Source of the DNA: a virus | IMG/VR virus record: IMGVR_UViG_3300009181_006602 | Coordinates: 1-64,000 of that record | Direction: 5' to 3' (one strand) | Length of the DNA stretch: 64,000 nucleotides | Shown here: positions 18,688-27,825 of the stretch, piece after piece | How positions within the stretch are numbered: the first letter of the stretch is position 1 | How the letters are laid out: the number at the start of each line of letters is the position of its first letter | Notes under the pieces: generated by a model | Told to the model about the DNA's origin: nothing | Seen by the model: only the letters and a program-made list of their open reading frames with translations | Database searches by the model: none | Program-made: the position numbers and the translations under genes

Positions 18688-19335
18688 TTAACCTACGATA
18701 ACGCAATCAGGATATTTAGACAAATCTGCTTCGTCTATTTCTATCTCTACATCTCGATATCCAAGATATTGCATCTTGTGTATATCGCCAAGAAACACAT
18801 AAGAGTAATCCTTAAAAAAGTCGATAGTAATTTTGGTTTCGTCCAATTCCCAGCCTGATTCTGTTACGCAACCTTGAACAGGACCATGATAACATGCAAT
18901 ATTGACCTTGCCTGGTTCTGGTTTGACATTGTTCCATCCTTCTTCGTCGAAAAGAGAATAAACACACCAATTAAAACCAGGGTGAAACTCATACACTCCG
19001 CTCTTCTTGTAAAGATGAATACGCGGATTGTTCATTGCAACTACGATTGGAGATACAGCATCTTGGCGAGAAAGATTAACTAAATTCCCGTCATGATTAC
19101 CAAGCGTTAAGTGTACTGGTGCTACTTCCGCCATGGCATTTAACCACCATGTTAGAAAATCAATATATTCAGGAGAAATACCTGAGGTTTTTGTATGAAA
19201 AATATCGCCGCCAACAAAAATGTGATCAACTTTATTTTTCTTACAGTCATCAATAAATGCAGAAAATATATCGCGATATTCAGCATGTCGAGAGAGCGAC
19301 CGAATATGGATATCCGAAGTGTGAGCTATTCTCAT
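18688..19335 (-). CDS. sbcD: SbcD/Mre11 (gp47-like) nuclease, N-terminal metallophosphoesterase fragment
   Basis: SDIH, GGDIFH, GNHD, YHG and LGDIH motifs; stops about 30 aa after motif V. Confidence 0.92.
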   Translation of the reverse strand: MRIAHTSDIHIRSLSRHAEYRDIFSAFIDDCKKNKVDHIFVGGDIFHTKTSGISPEYIDFLTWWLNAMAEVAPVHLTLGNHDGNLVNLSRQDAVSPIVVAMNNPRIHLYKKSGVYEFHPGFNWCVYSLFDEEGWNNVKPEPGKVNIACYHGPVQGCVTESGWELDETKITIDFFKDYSYVFLGDIHKMQYLGYRDVEIEIDEADLSKYPDCVIVG

Positions 19336-19546
19336 AAGTTATCTTTTTCGAAAATGCGATTTAATAATATCGCGCAACTAAAATAATTTTTGCAACTTTT
19401 ATATTGCGATACCTTCGTATATCAATATCGTTTTAATAAGCAACATAGACGAATTAATAGTTAACATAACAATACGCTTATTTTACGTAGATGTTCAATT
19501 ACTGTTTAAAATCGTAGTCTTACGACATGACTATTCGTTATAAAAA

Positions 19547-20530
19547 CTAAAGATTGCTGGCAGCGACGGCGCTAGCTCCGGCTTTAACTATATTCGCAAC
19601 TTCCTTTGCGCCTATAGCTAATTCGACGCCCTTAACAGCAGTAGCGCCACCTTCGATAAAACCTAAAAGCGAAGCTCCTGCTTTAAGTACACCGACTAAA
19701 CCATTCACTGCGAAATAGATTAATAATACCTTATAGACAAGCCCATCTGTTTTTTTTCTTGCGCCTGATTTGTCTGAATCATCTTTATATTGTTCGTACG
19801 TTATAATTTTTTTGTTTTTGGTTACATGATAACCTTTATTATTTAAAAACTTATATATTTGATAAGATAATGCATCTGGTATGATGTAGTCAATTACTTT
19901 TTCTTCTATCGCATGAGTAACATGCTCTGCTTTTTTAAATAGCGCAGCAGCTTTTGGTGCATTAAGAAAATTTGCTAATTTAAAAAGTCCTTTAAATAAT
20001 AAAGGTAAGCCTCCAACAATAGCTAGCCCAAAACCCGCTATCATTTCAACGCCTGTTTCTCTTAAGATTTTTTGATGATTGATGTATTCATTTGTAGTAA
20101 GAATTGAATATGCTTCGCCGAGAGCGGCGCCAGTTTGAAGCTTTTTTGCCTTATCTTTTACAGGACCTTCTAGATCGCTTTGAACAACATCCAATGCTGA
20201 CTCTTTGCTTAATTCTTTCGCCATTTTTAAAATATCGTTAAGAACGATAGAATCACCAGACGCTGCCATTCCTTGTTTAATAGCAGACATCACTAAATCT
20301 AATTCTTCTGGTTTATTAGTCAATGCTTCTATTTTTTCACTAATTGTATTAGCCCATTCACTAGCAGCAGACTTAAATTTTTCGCTAACATAATTTGATA
20401 ATTTTTTTACGCCGTCTTTAACATCGTCCCATAGCCCTTCTTCGATAAGATATTTTCTTTGTAGTTCTTCTTGAATTATCTTTCGGATGCGCGCTTCAGA
20501 TATCACGTTTGCGTAAATAACATTTTTCAT
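19547..20530 (-). CDS. Putative internal head/ejection protein with hydrophobic helices
   Basis: ISEARIRKIIQEEL leader, LIEE and LRE sites, hydrophobic segments MIAGFGLAIVGGLPLLF and VLLIYFAVNGLVGVL. Confidence 0.6.
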   Translation of the reverse strand: MKNVIYANVISEARIRKIIQEELQRKYLIEEGLWDDVKDGVKKLSNYVSEKFKSAASEWANTISEKIEALTNKPEELDLVMSAIKQGMAASGDSIVLNDILKMAKELSKESALDVVQSDLEGPVKDKAKKLQTGAALGEAYSILTTNEYINHQKILRETGVEMIAGFGLAIVGGLPLLFKGLFKLANFLNAPKAAALFKKAEHVTHAIEEKVIDYIIPDALSYQIYKFLNNKGYHVTKNKKIITYEQYKDDSDKSGARKKTDGLVYKVLLIYFAVNGLVGVLKAGASLLGFIEGGATAVKGVELAIGAKEVANIVKAGASAVAASNL

Positions 20531-20542
20531 CGCTATTAAATA

Positions 20543-21520
20543 TTATATTCTAAAATTAATTTCTGCAGACTTCTTTAGTTTATTATAAAAAGTATCGTTC
20601 CATGTTAACGGTTTAGCTTCTGCTAGCGCGTTTTCAAACTCAGACTTTGACATATTGCCAGGATCTCCCCACGGTCTAACATCAACTACAACAACATCAA
20701 CGTTGTATTCCTGCAATTTCTTAACTATTTTTGGCATCTTTTTATACCACATATCACCATCAAGAGCCAAAGCTATTGGCGTATTATACATCAATATTTT
20801 ATTAAATATTTCATGGCGCTCGTCAAGGTCAGAGCCTAATAACGCAGTTGAATTTTCTGTACATTTAACCAAATCAAATGGGCCTTCACATAAGACTAGC
20901 CTTTTTGTCCAATCCAAATTAATTTCATTAAAGACTATTGGGTTTTTATCAACATCAGGATTATCATACTTGGGTTTTTTATTTTTATCTATCGCTCGAG
21001 CTGCAAAATAATTCAATTCACCAATAGAATCAAAGGATGGCATAAGAATTCTTCTCTTCCACCTTGGTTCATCAGAAACCCCGAACTTAAAATACCAAGC
21101 ATCTCTATCCGTTAACCCTCTAGAATAAATGTATCTCCATGCTGCTTTAACATCAGGATCAGATTCATCGGCTAATGTTAACAATCGAAAATCCTTTGGA
21201 AGCTCTATTTTTTCGACACGATCAACATCAGCTGTTATTAGATTGGTTCCTGTGCCTTGTCCAGTTAATTCCCGATATAAATTAAGGTGTTCCTGCGTTC
21301 CATATTTACGAATTAAAGGAGCGAGGCTACGGGCCTTCCATCCACATGCCCAACAGTGATTTGCGTCATCGGTTGTACGAATGGCTAGTTTTTTCTTGGT
21401 TGGATCTGTCGGGGCACAAATCGGGCATTTAACATCAAAATTAAGCCCATTACCTGAAATTCGACCTCGACCAAAAATCGACTCATAAAATTTCAGCTTA
21501 TCCGTGAGAGAATGAACCAC
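20543..21520 (-). CDS. DNA primase (Zn-binding plus TOPRIM; DnaG/gp61-like)
   Basis: CPIC...HCWAC zinc ribbon, Y..SRG, EGPFD and LDGD TOPRIM motifs. GTG 21520 preferred as start from promoter spacing. Confidence 0.9.
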   Translation of the reverse strand: MVHSLTDKLKFYESIFGRGRISGNGLNFDVKCPICAPTDPTKKKLAIRTTDDANHCWACGWKARSLAPLIRKYGTQEHLNLYRELTGQGTGTNLITADVDRVEKIELPKDFRLLTLADESDPDVKAAWRYIYSRGLTDRDAWYFKFGVSDEPRWKRRILMPSFDSIGELNYFAARAIDKNKKPKYDNPDVDKNPIVFNEINLDWTKRLVLCEGPFDLVKCTENSTALLGSDLDERHEIFNKILMYNTPIALALDGDMWYKKMPKIVKKLQEYNVDVVVVDVRPWGDPGNMSKSEFENALAEAKPLTWNDTFYNKLKKSAEINFRI

Positions 21521-21555
21521 AATATAACAATATAATGCTATATCATGGTTGTTCA
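21521..21555 (-). promoter_or_regulatory. Sigma70/T4-early-like promoter, leaderless geometry
   Basis: TGAACA-N17-TATTGT-N6-GTG on the minus strand, with no SD. Confidence 0.45.
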
Positions 21556-21590
21556 CAAACAAGAAACACCTCGAAAAGAGGCACCTCTGC
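21556..21590 (-). terminator. Possible intrinsic terminator
   Basis: Minus strand GAGGTGCCTC-TTTTC-GAGGTGTTTC followed by TTGTTTG. The stem needs several G-U pairs. Confidence 0.35.
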
Positions 21591-21609
21591 TAAACTACGC
21601 TTTACTATT

Positions 21610-22011
21610 TCAAATCTCTTCGACGCAATTGACGAAGCTGTCTTCATCATCGATTGATTGTGCGCCACCCATGAGCTCATTATCGAGCAACGCTGCAAAC
21701 TTCATGAGTGAGGTGTAGGATCCATATCCCAACAGACTATCGTATTCAGCGGAATAACCATCTCCTTCGCCTTGTGGTCCTTCAAAGTTAACAACAATTG
21801 CGTTTTTTCGGGCGACGCCTTTAATCATGGTAACTAACTTTTTTAAAGGCATTTCAAGATTGTCAGCAATCTCAGAAATGTTAGGAATTTCGATTTGCCC
21901 ATCAACTTCCGGCTCTGGCATTGGCATTTTTCTTGCCGGCATTTCTCTTAATGCCGATCGCTTTACTTCTTCCTTGATAATCCTGCGGAGCTGATTGATT
22001 GTAATTTTCAT
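21610..22011 (-). CDS. Putative internal head protein
   Basis: N-terminus MKITINQLRRIIKEEV...ALRE (shared leader motif), acidic body. Confidence 0.7.
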   Translation of the reverse strand: MKITINQLRRIIKEEVKRSALREMPARKMPMPEPEVDGQIEIPNISEIADNLEMPLKKLVTMIKGVARKNAIVVNFEGPQGEGDGYSAEYDSLLGYGSYTSLMKFAALLDNELMGGAQSIDDEDSFVNCVEEI

Positions 22012-22054
22012 GCGTATTATCTTTCATGCGTAGATGGTTAAACTATATATATCG

Positions 22055-22103
22055 GCAAATAGCAAATAGCAAATAGCAAATAGTGAATAGTGAATAGTGA
22101 ATA
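22055..22103. repeat. Intergenic heptamer tandem repeat (GCAAATA)4(GTGAATA)3
   Basis: Directly visible; seven 7-bp units. Confidence 0.95.
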
Positions 22104-22670
22104 TTAAATATTATTTTGAGTTAAACAAGCAGCCCGGGCAATCACATAGGAATCACACATGTCACGAGAAGCATCAATAGGCTTACCGTTCTTTTTTGTT
22201 GGCCATTGGATATGTTTCAAATCATGCTCAGACATATACTTAAAAACTTGTTCTTTTCCGCTCATACCTGCTATTGATGTCCGTTGCATCTTTATTCCAC
22301 AAAGTTTTCTTGCATGAGATGCCGAAATATATTCAGGATCAACTTTGAATATTTCCCTAGAAATGTAGGAGCATATTCCGTTAAATCTCATTAATGTTGT
22401 GATTGTTGCTGCTGATGACATTCCCGTACGAAACCCCATGAGTGGTTGCTCGAGAACGATTCTATATTCGCCAGGAAACTTCTTTAATAATTTAGAAAGT
22501 TCTAAAGCAGTAAGGTCGGCTTTTTCCCAAAGCGTTTTACACTTCTTAAATTCAAGTCTATCAAGATAAAGAATGTGGGATCCTTGATTGTTTAAGGACA
22601 ACTCAGGATCAACAATACAAATTCCAGTTACAGAAGTAGAAACATCTAACCCAAGAACCAAGGATCCCAC
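22104..22670 (-). CDS. ruvC: RuvC-like Holliday junction resolvase
   Basis: LGLDVSTSVTG, VLEQP and C-terminal DMCDS acidic residues in RuvC/RNase H order. Confidence 0.8.
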   Translation of the reverse strand: MGSLVLGLDVSTSVTGICIVDPELSLNNQGSHILYLDRLEFKKCKTLWEKADLTALELSKLLKKFPGEYRIVLEQPLMGFRTGMSSAATITTLMRFNGICSYISREIFKVDPEYISASHARKLCGIKMQRTSIAGMSGKEQVFKYMSEHDLKHIQWPTKKNGKPIDASRDMCDSYVIARAACLTQNNI

Positions 22671-22710
22671 ATAGCTATTATTAACTTAGAATGACCTTAG
22701 TAAAATCTAG

Positions 22711-23121
22711 TTAAAGAAGACCCATATCTTTTAATTCTATTTCTGTAAGTATTTTGTAGGTCATATTATGCATCATACACCATTCTTTGGCGGCCTTTGT
22801 CTTCTTAACAATGACTGCCTGATTTAGTTTACGAGACGGTTTGACCTCTACCACAACTTTGCTACCATCTTTATATTCTATCTGGAAGTCTGGATAATAT
22901 TTGCGAATCTTTTGCGTTTTCACATTCGAAACATACTCGATAATAAGCTTCTCGTACGACCACATGACGACATCGGGATTTTCATCCAAATGGACCATAT
23001 ACTTTTGTTCCCAGCCGGAACGATACTTACATTCTCCAGCAATTGGTGAAACATGTAAGCCTCGATGGTAACGGCCTTTCTTTTTTTTTCTCTTCGCAGT
23101 TTTTTTCTTTGGCGCGACCAT
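22711..23121 (-). CDS. Head completion nuclease (T4 gp4/TnsA-N-like)
   Basis: YRSGWE, WSYE, YYPDF, EVKP and K..AAKEWC...ILTE motifs. Confidence 0.88.
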   Translation of the reverse strand: MVAPKKKTAKRKKKKGRYHRGLHVSPIAGECKYRSGWEQKYMVHLDENPDVVMWSYEKLIIEYVSNVKTQKIRKYYPDFQIEYKDGSKVVVEVKPSRKLNQAVIVKKTKAAKEWCMMHNMTYKILTEIELKDMGLL

Positions 23122-23221
23122 GGTTTAAAGTATTCCTCTCGACACAAGATCATATGCCATCGCTTGTTGTTCTCACAGTAGTAGGACACTTATGTATGCA
23201 TAAACGAGCTGAATCTACCTG

Positions 23222-25726
23222 TCACCAATCAAATGTGACTTTAAATAGAATGCGATCACCTTCACGTTTCATAACAGGTTGAGCTAATACTGCTTTAGCC
23301 ACAACATTTAAGTTTTCGTCGTGAAAATTCAAACCTGAAATATAAACAAACTTTTCTTTATCATTTAAATCTAGCGAAGCGCTAATAGAATTTTCCGTTG
23401 CGATATATGAAGGATTAGAAGAAGAGTTTAAGAAGCCTCTAGGCGCCAAGATCTCATATTTAGAGGTAAATAATTTTTGTTCTCCTTTAAATGACATTTC
23501 ATATGCCTCCTTACCAAAGAAGTATAGGTGAGGACTTTTAATTAAGACGACGCCTTCATCATAAAAAATATTACCAACAGAATTCCAAACGCAATGAGGT
23601 GTCAAAGAGTCAGCACGATAAATATTGCCGAATCCATCGTCTTTTAACTTAATGGAAATCGTTCCATTCGAACCTGACAAAGAAGAGTCTGTAATTTCAA
23701 AACTACCTGGCATAATTCTGCAACCATAGAAGAGGTTGCTAATATCGAAAAATGTAACCTGATTAGATGACGGGTCTTTTAATCGTTGAAAAATAGTTAA
23801 TGGTACATCTCTTTGAACGCCTGGGCCATAATTGCCTTCATCAGTAGTTATTATTTCCTCTATTCTTTTCTTGGTATTAACAACAGCGGTGCCAGGAGAG
23901 TTTCCTGGATTTTCTGGTGTGAATCCTATTTGCTGGTTAGATAACGTTTGATCGCGGGCATCATCATGAATTTTACTAAAAAGTAATGATGACGTACTTA
24001 ACAAATTATCAAGACTAATCATGCTTAAGTCAATTCGATCCCAGGCATCTCGAGCCTTATTATTAATTTCGTTTTTTATGATTTGATAGTTAGGCTGAAA
24101 CGTTCCATCATCGCAAGGTAAAATAGTTAAATTTCTTTTTCTAACAAAAGAATCGTTATATAAAAATTCGTTAGCAGGTATTGCGTCAGTCGTATAATCT
24201 AACGCCGTTCCCGACAAATGGTGCAATCTTGGAAAAACGTTATTCGCAAAATCTTTAGTAAAATTTTCTAAGTTAATATAATGACCATTAACACCGAATG
24301 CCATCGCAACGTTAAACGGGTCATCAGTAGAACCGTCTATTTCGAAGAATGGAGTTTGCAAAATACCACCATAGGCTTTACCGCCGGCTGAAGGAGCGTT
24401 GGTATATCTACGAATATTAGTGTTTTCAATGAAAAAAGGTGGAACATAAAATGCCAGCTTTTTAGCATCTGCAGTACCAGGATTACTTGCTGAAGTTTCT
24501 AAAATTTGACGATCGCTTAAATAATCTCTACGAATCATCGGAGTGTGTAGTTCGGCTTTTAGAGGATGATTAAATCGATAATAATCAGGTTGATCGAGCG
24601 ATCCAGCGCTATCTACGAGTTCTTCTAGACCTTCCCGAGTAGAAGATATGTCACTAAAAAAATACACTTGACTTCCATTGTTCGAATTTATACCTTCGTA
24701 AAAGTTGCCCAAGCAAAGAACGTTTGGGTCTTCCTTAGAGGTATACGTCTTAGGCATAATTGTACCTGATGGTATAACAAAAATCCCCTTATCAATGCCA
24801 TTGATATTAAATGAACCAGTTCCATCATTGATTAAATTTGTGCCCCAACGGACAACAACACGTTGCCACTTATTCCACTCTAGACTATTGTCTTCTGATA
24901 AGAAAATTAAGTCGTTCGGATAGTTTCCATAAATAGCTCGCGAAGGGGGAATATCGGCACTATGACTTAGTTGCAACATTAATCTAAAATAAGCTGGCAA
25001 ACCGTTTTCGTCTTTTCGAGAGCCTGTAATTAATGACAATGCATAACTTGAAGATAAGTGAAATATTGTGCCGGCTTTAAAGTGTCCTTGCGTTATTTCA
25101 TCTTTTTTATATCGAGGATTTATGTGAAAATCGAAAGAAAAAGCTCCTGATAGCGCATATGTTCCGCTTACATAGCTAACATGCTCGGGTAAATCAGCAT
25201 TCTCTAAACTAGGATATAAAAGTACTGAAGAAGTTGGAATAGTTTGATTAGAGAAAAAATTTAAACTATGATAATTGGTATATGCCCATTGCGCAGTCGG
25301 ATATGACATGCGATAATAAGGCATTAACATATCTTTTGTATTTAATTTTTTTACGGTGTTTGATGTGAATGAAACACTCGGCGTGAAACGAGTTATATCT
25401 AAGCGTTTTTGTTTTTTTATAGAAGAAGGCTGTTGATTTATTTCGTCTAAATAATCAGTCATGTTTGTATAAAACGAACCGCTTATAGGCGTTTTTTTTG
25501 CGATTGATAAGACGGCCTGTCTATACAACTCTATATCTTCGTCATTAATAGTAGAAAAAGAAAAGTTAGATAAAGGTCTAACTTCTTTTTCTATCTTAGA
25601 AAAACGAGCAAAAACGTTAACAGATCCTGTCACTCCTAAAATGCTAGAAGAAATATACGATCGTTTAGGATTGATAATTGTAGTAAAAAATTCTACGTCA
25701 TCTGATGTAACAGGTAATATTGCCAT
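23222..25726 (-). CDS. Putative baseplate/tail structural protein with a LamG-like segment
   Basis: FSFDFHINP...WNKWQRVVVRW is LamG-like. C-terminal GLNFHDENLNVVAKAVLAQPVMK...FKVTFDW is paralogous to the next gene's C-terminus. Confidence 0.6.
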   Translation of the reverse strand: MAILPVTSDDVEFFTTIINPKRSYISSSILGVTGSVNVFARFSKIEKEVRPLSNFSFSTINDEDIELYRQAVLSIAKKTPISGSFYTNMTDYLDEINQQPSSIKKQKRLDITRFTPSVSFTSNTVKKLNTKDMLMPYYRMSYPTAQWAYTNYHSLNFFSNQTIPTSSVLLYPSLENADLPEHVSYVSGTYALSGAFSFDFHINPRYKKDEITQGHFKAGTIFHLSSSYALSLITGSRKDENGLPAYFRLMLQLSHSADIPPSRAIYGNYPNDLIFLSEDNSLEWNKWQRVVVRWGTNLINDGTGSFNINGIDKGIFVIPSGTIMPKTYTSKEDPNVLCLGNFYEGINSNNGSQVYFFSDISSTREGLEELVDSAGSLDQPDYYRFNHPLKAELHTPMIRRDYLSDRQILETSASNPGTADAKKLAFYVPPFFIENTNIRRYTNAPSAGGKAYGGILQTPFFEIDGSTDDPFNVAMAFGVNGHYINLENFTKDFANNVFPRLHHLSGTALDYTTDAIPANEFLYNDSFVRKRNLTILPCDDGTFQPNYQIIKNEINNKARDAWDRIDLSMISLDNLLSTSSLLFSKIHDDARDQTLSNQQIGFTPENPGNSPGTAVVNTKKRIEEIITTDEGNYGPGVQRDVPLTIFQRLKDPSSNQVTFFDISNLFYGCRIMPGSFEITDSSLSGSNGTISIKLKDDGFGNIYRADSLTPHCVWNSVGNIFYDEGVVLIKSPHLYFFGKEAYEMSFKGEQKLFTSKYEILAPRGFLNSSSNPSYIATENSISASLDLNDKEKFVYISGLNFHDENLNVVAKAVLAQPVMKREGDRILFKVTFDW

Positions 25727-25765
25727 CTTCTTCGTTTCATATCAAAAGATAGTGATTATTCGATT

Positions 25766-27025
25766 TCAAAAATCTAATCTAACTCTAAATGTTAAATCTC
25801 TTTCTGGACTCTTTTCGACTGGACGACTTAGTTTAGCAACAGCGAGAAGATTACCTGCAGCATCGTACAAGCCGATCCCTGTTACGAATGTAAACGATTC
25901 TTGTTTATCTTCCTCGCCTGGATCAATAACTACAAGGCGACCTCGCGAGTTGTTTGAAGTATCAACAAATGTTGGATTAGACGAGTAGTTAAATTCGTCT
26001 GCCGGTGCACGACAAAATATTAATGATGAATTAATATTAGTTACATTTTGAAATGTGATTGCTGTAAGTGAGCCTGATTGAAAACGAGTTCCGGCAAGAT
26101 GGTCGATTATATTATCGATACTACCAGAAGTAATAAAGTCAGGAATAAATTTAGATGTATTTGCTGTTTCGGTACCTGGGTTACCAAGTACCATTGTCCC
26201 GAGAGGATGCATCGCGTCGATGGAGCCTGACATAAACTGGCTACCTGAAACTATTTGTGCGAGGTCAAATACTGCGATACCGGCGTCATAAAACATTAAG
26301 CCAACTTGACGAGAAGTTTTTGCAGAATCTACGATGATTCCGTATTGACCTCCTGCTACGTTAAATTTTTGCGTTGAAGCTCCTAAATCAGTAAATATTA
26401 CAGATCCTGATAGCGACGTTGAATCAAGATTGGTTTTACCGGCAAGATCATCAGCAAAAGGAGGCTGATCAGTGTCGCCAACTTTTGAAGGATTCGAAGC
26501 AGTTTGATAAAATCTCATCGCAAAAGTTTCGCGCTTAATTTGATCTCTTGAAAACAAGCGCTTAAATGCAATAAACATTGCTGAGTCAACAGTAGTCGTA
26601 GTCGTTCCTTCAAGCGGCACTTTAAACAATGAATCGCTATTGCCTAAAAGCGTTTGTGCAAACTGTCGATAAACATCAACTTTTTCGCGCATCATTAATG
26701 AGCTACTGGGATACAAGGCTTTTCCTGTAGCATCAACATCAGTTTTAGTAATTGCAGCTATTCCTGTTGTAAGTGATCCTTCAGGCGCAATACCGACAGT
26801 TATATCAAACACGGCATTCGCTGTTTGTAACGTAAAGTCTTGATCATAAACAGTTTGAAATAACGATGAAGTGACGCCAGGACCGACCCCGCCTGTCACG
26901 AAATGCTGATATTTTCTTCTAGATGTTGAACCGCTTATATCTTCTTGTAAAACATCAATAAGCTGATTTAAAAAAGATCTTGCAGTCTTTATATCGCCAG
27001 GTGCTAATTCGTGAAATGTCGCCAT
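25766..27025 (-). CDS. Putative baseplate wedge/tail structural protein
   Basis: EFNYSSNPTF...IGLYDAAGNLLAVAKLSRPVEK...FRVRLDF C-terminus (like the C-half of the tail-collar/DUF3751 domain). SD GAGG. Confidence 0.65.
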   Translation of the reverse strand: MATFHELAPGDIKTARSFLNQLIDVLQEDISGSTSRRKYQHFVTGGVGPGVTSSLFQTVYDQDFTLQTANAVFDITVGIAPEGSLTTGIAAITKTDVDATGKALYPSSSLMMREKVDVYRQFAQTLLGNSDSLFKVPLEGTTTTTVDSAMFIAFKRLFSRDQIKRETFAMRFYQTASNPSKVGDTDQPPFADDLAGKTNLDSTSLSGSVIFTDLGASTQKFNVAGGQYGIIVDSAKTSRQVGLMFYDAGIAVFDLAQIVSGSQFMSGSIDAMHPLGTMVLGNPGTETANTSKFIPDFITSGSIDNIIDHLAGTRFQSGSLTAITFQNVTNINSSLIFCRAPADEFNYSSNPTFVDTSNNSRGRLVVIDPGEEDKQESFTFVTGIGLYDAAGNLLAVAKLSRPVEKSPERDLTFRVRLDF

Positions 27026-27054
27026 CTTAATTTCCTCGTAATTTAGATCTTATA

Positions 27055-27762
27055 TCAACGCATCGATGAAGTAATAGTAACGGGTAATTCGACTACTGAG
27101 CCAGAACTTCTACCAACTATCTTGATAGATGTTGTTATTATCCGGGCGCTGTCTGTAGTGATTCTACCATAAGTAGTAAAAATTGTTGATGTTAATGGTT
27201 TGACTTTAAGACTAAATTCCAATGTTGGAACTGTCCCGCCATTCGTGGTTCTAATAACGTACTTTGCGATTTTATTAGAATCGGGAGAACCTACGGCTGA
27301 TTGATTCAGTATGGTCAAAAATAGATCAGGTATATACACGTCAAAGTTAGTTTCGATTATATCTGCGTCAATTGTCGATTCGCCACCTTGTGGTTGTTGT
27401 TCTATTTTGATCGAAGCGGTAACATTTTCTCCGCTAGTAGATAATACCACGGAAGTTTGAGTCGTTGGTACTAATGTCAATCTAGGTAAGTAAATAAATG
27501 GTCTCGGAGCACTAATCATTCTATATTTAAGACCTAGATTTTGATTAGTAAATGCTTCAAAAATCGGAGTATTTTTTTCAATTTTCTCTCTTCCGATTGT
27601 TCTGCCGTATTTTGTAATAATGCCATAATTGACTTCGTCGTCGCCTAAAGAAAATTTTGCGACTCTAAAAGAACCGTCATTTCTTGCTAGCGCTTGCCGA
27701 CCGAAATCCGTTAGTACTGCGTCTAATATGATATTGTTCGTTGAATTATCTAAATAGCCCAA
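27055..27762 (-). CDS. Putative baseplate/tail structural protein
   Basis: MGYLDN...DAVLTDFGRQALA...KFSLGDDEVNY (like the N-half of the tail-collar/DUF3751 domain). TTG start with SD GGAGG. Confidence 0.65.
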   Translation of the reverse strand: MGYLDNSTNNIILDAVLTDFGRQALARNDGSFRVAKFSLGDDEVNYGIITKYGRTIGREKIEKNTPIFEAFTNQNLGLKYRMISAPRPFIYLPRLTLVPTTQTSVVLSTSGENVTASIKIEQQPQGGESTIDADIIETNFDVYIPDLFLTILNQSAVGSPDSNKIAKYVIRTTNGGTVPTLEFSLKVKPLTSTIFTTYGRITTDSARIITTSIKIVGRSSGSVVELPVTITSSMR

Positions 27763-27825
27763 TTTGAAGCCTCCACATGCATAATCTTACAATAGATATC
27801 GAATCAATAAAATTATAGCTCTAAA

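Noticed and set aside
18595-18760. Split intein at the SbcD/SbcC junction
   Set aside because: No N-terminal Cys/Ser block A, no TxxH, and no terminal HN followed by C/S/T; the tails are far too short.
19336-19546. Gene or ncRNA in the 211-bp gap upstream of sbcD
   Set aside because: Only a 22-codon minus-strand ORF and a weak TCGTA/TACGA hairpin are present; a promoter plus terminator is a sufficient explanation.
22711-23121. Tn7 TnsA transposase, i.e. a transposon
   Set aside because: No tnsB/C or terminal repeats; size and context fit the T4 gp4-like head completion nuclease.
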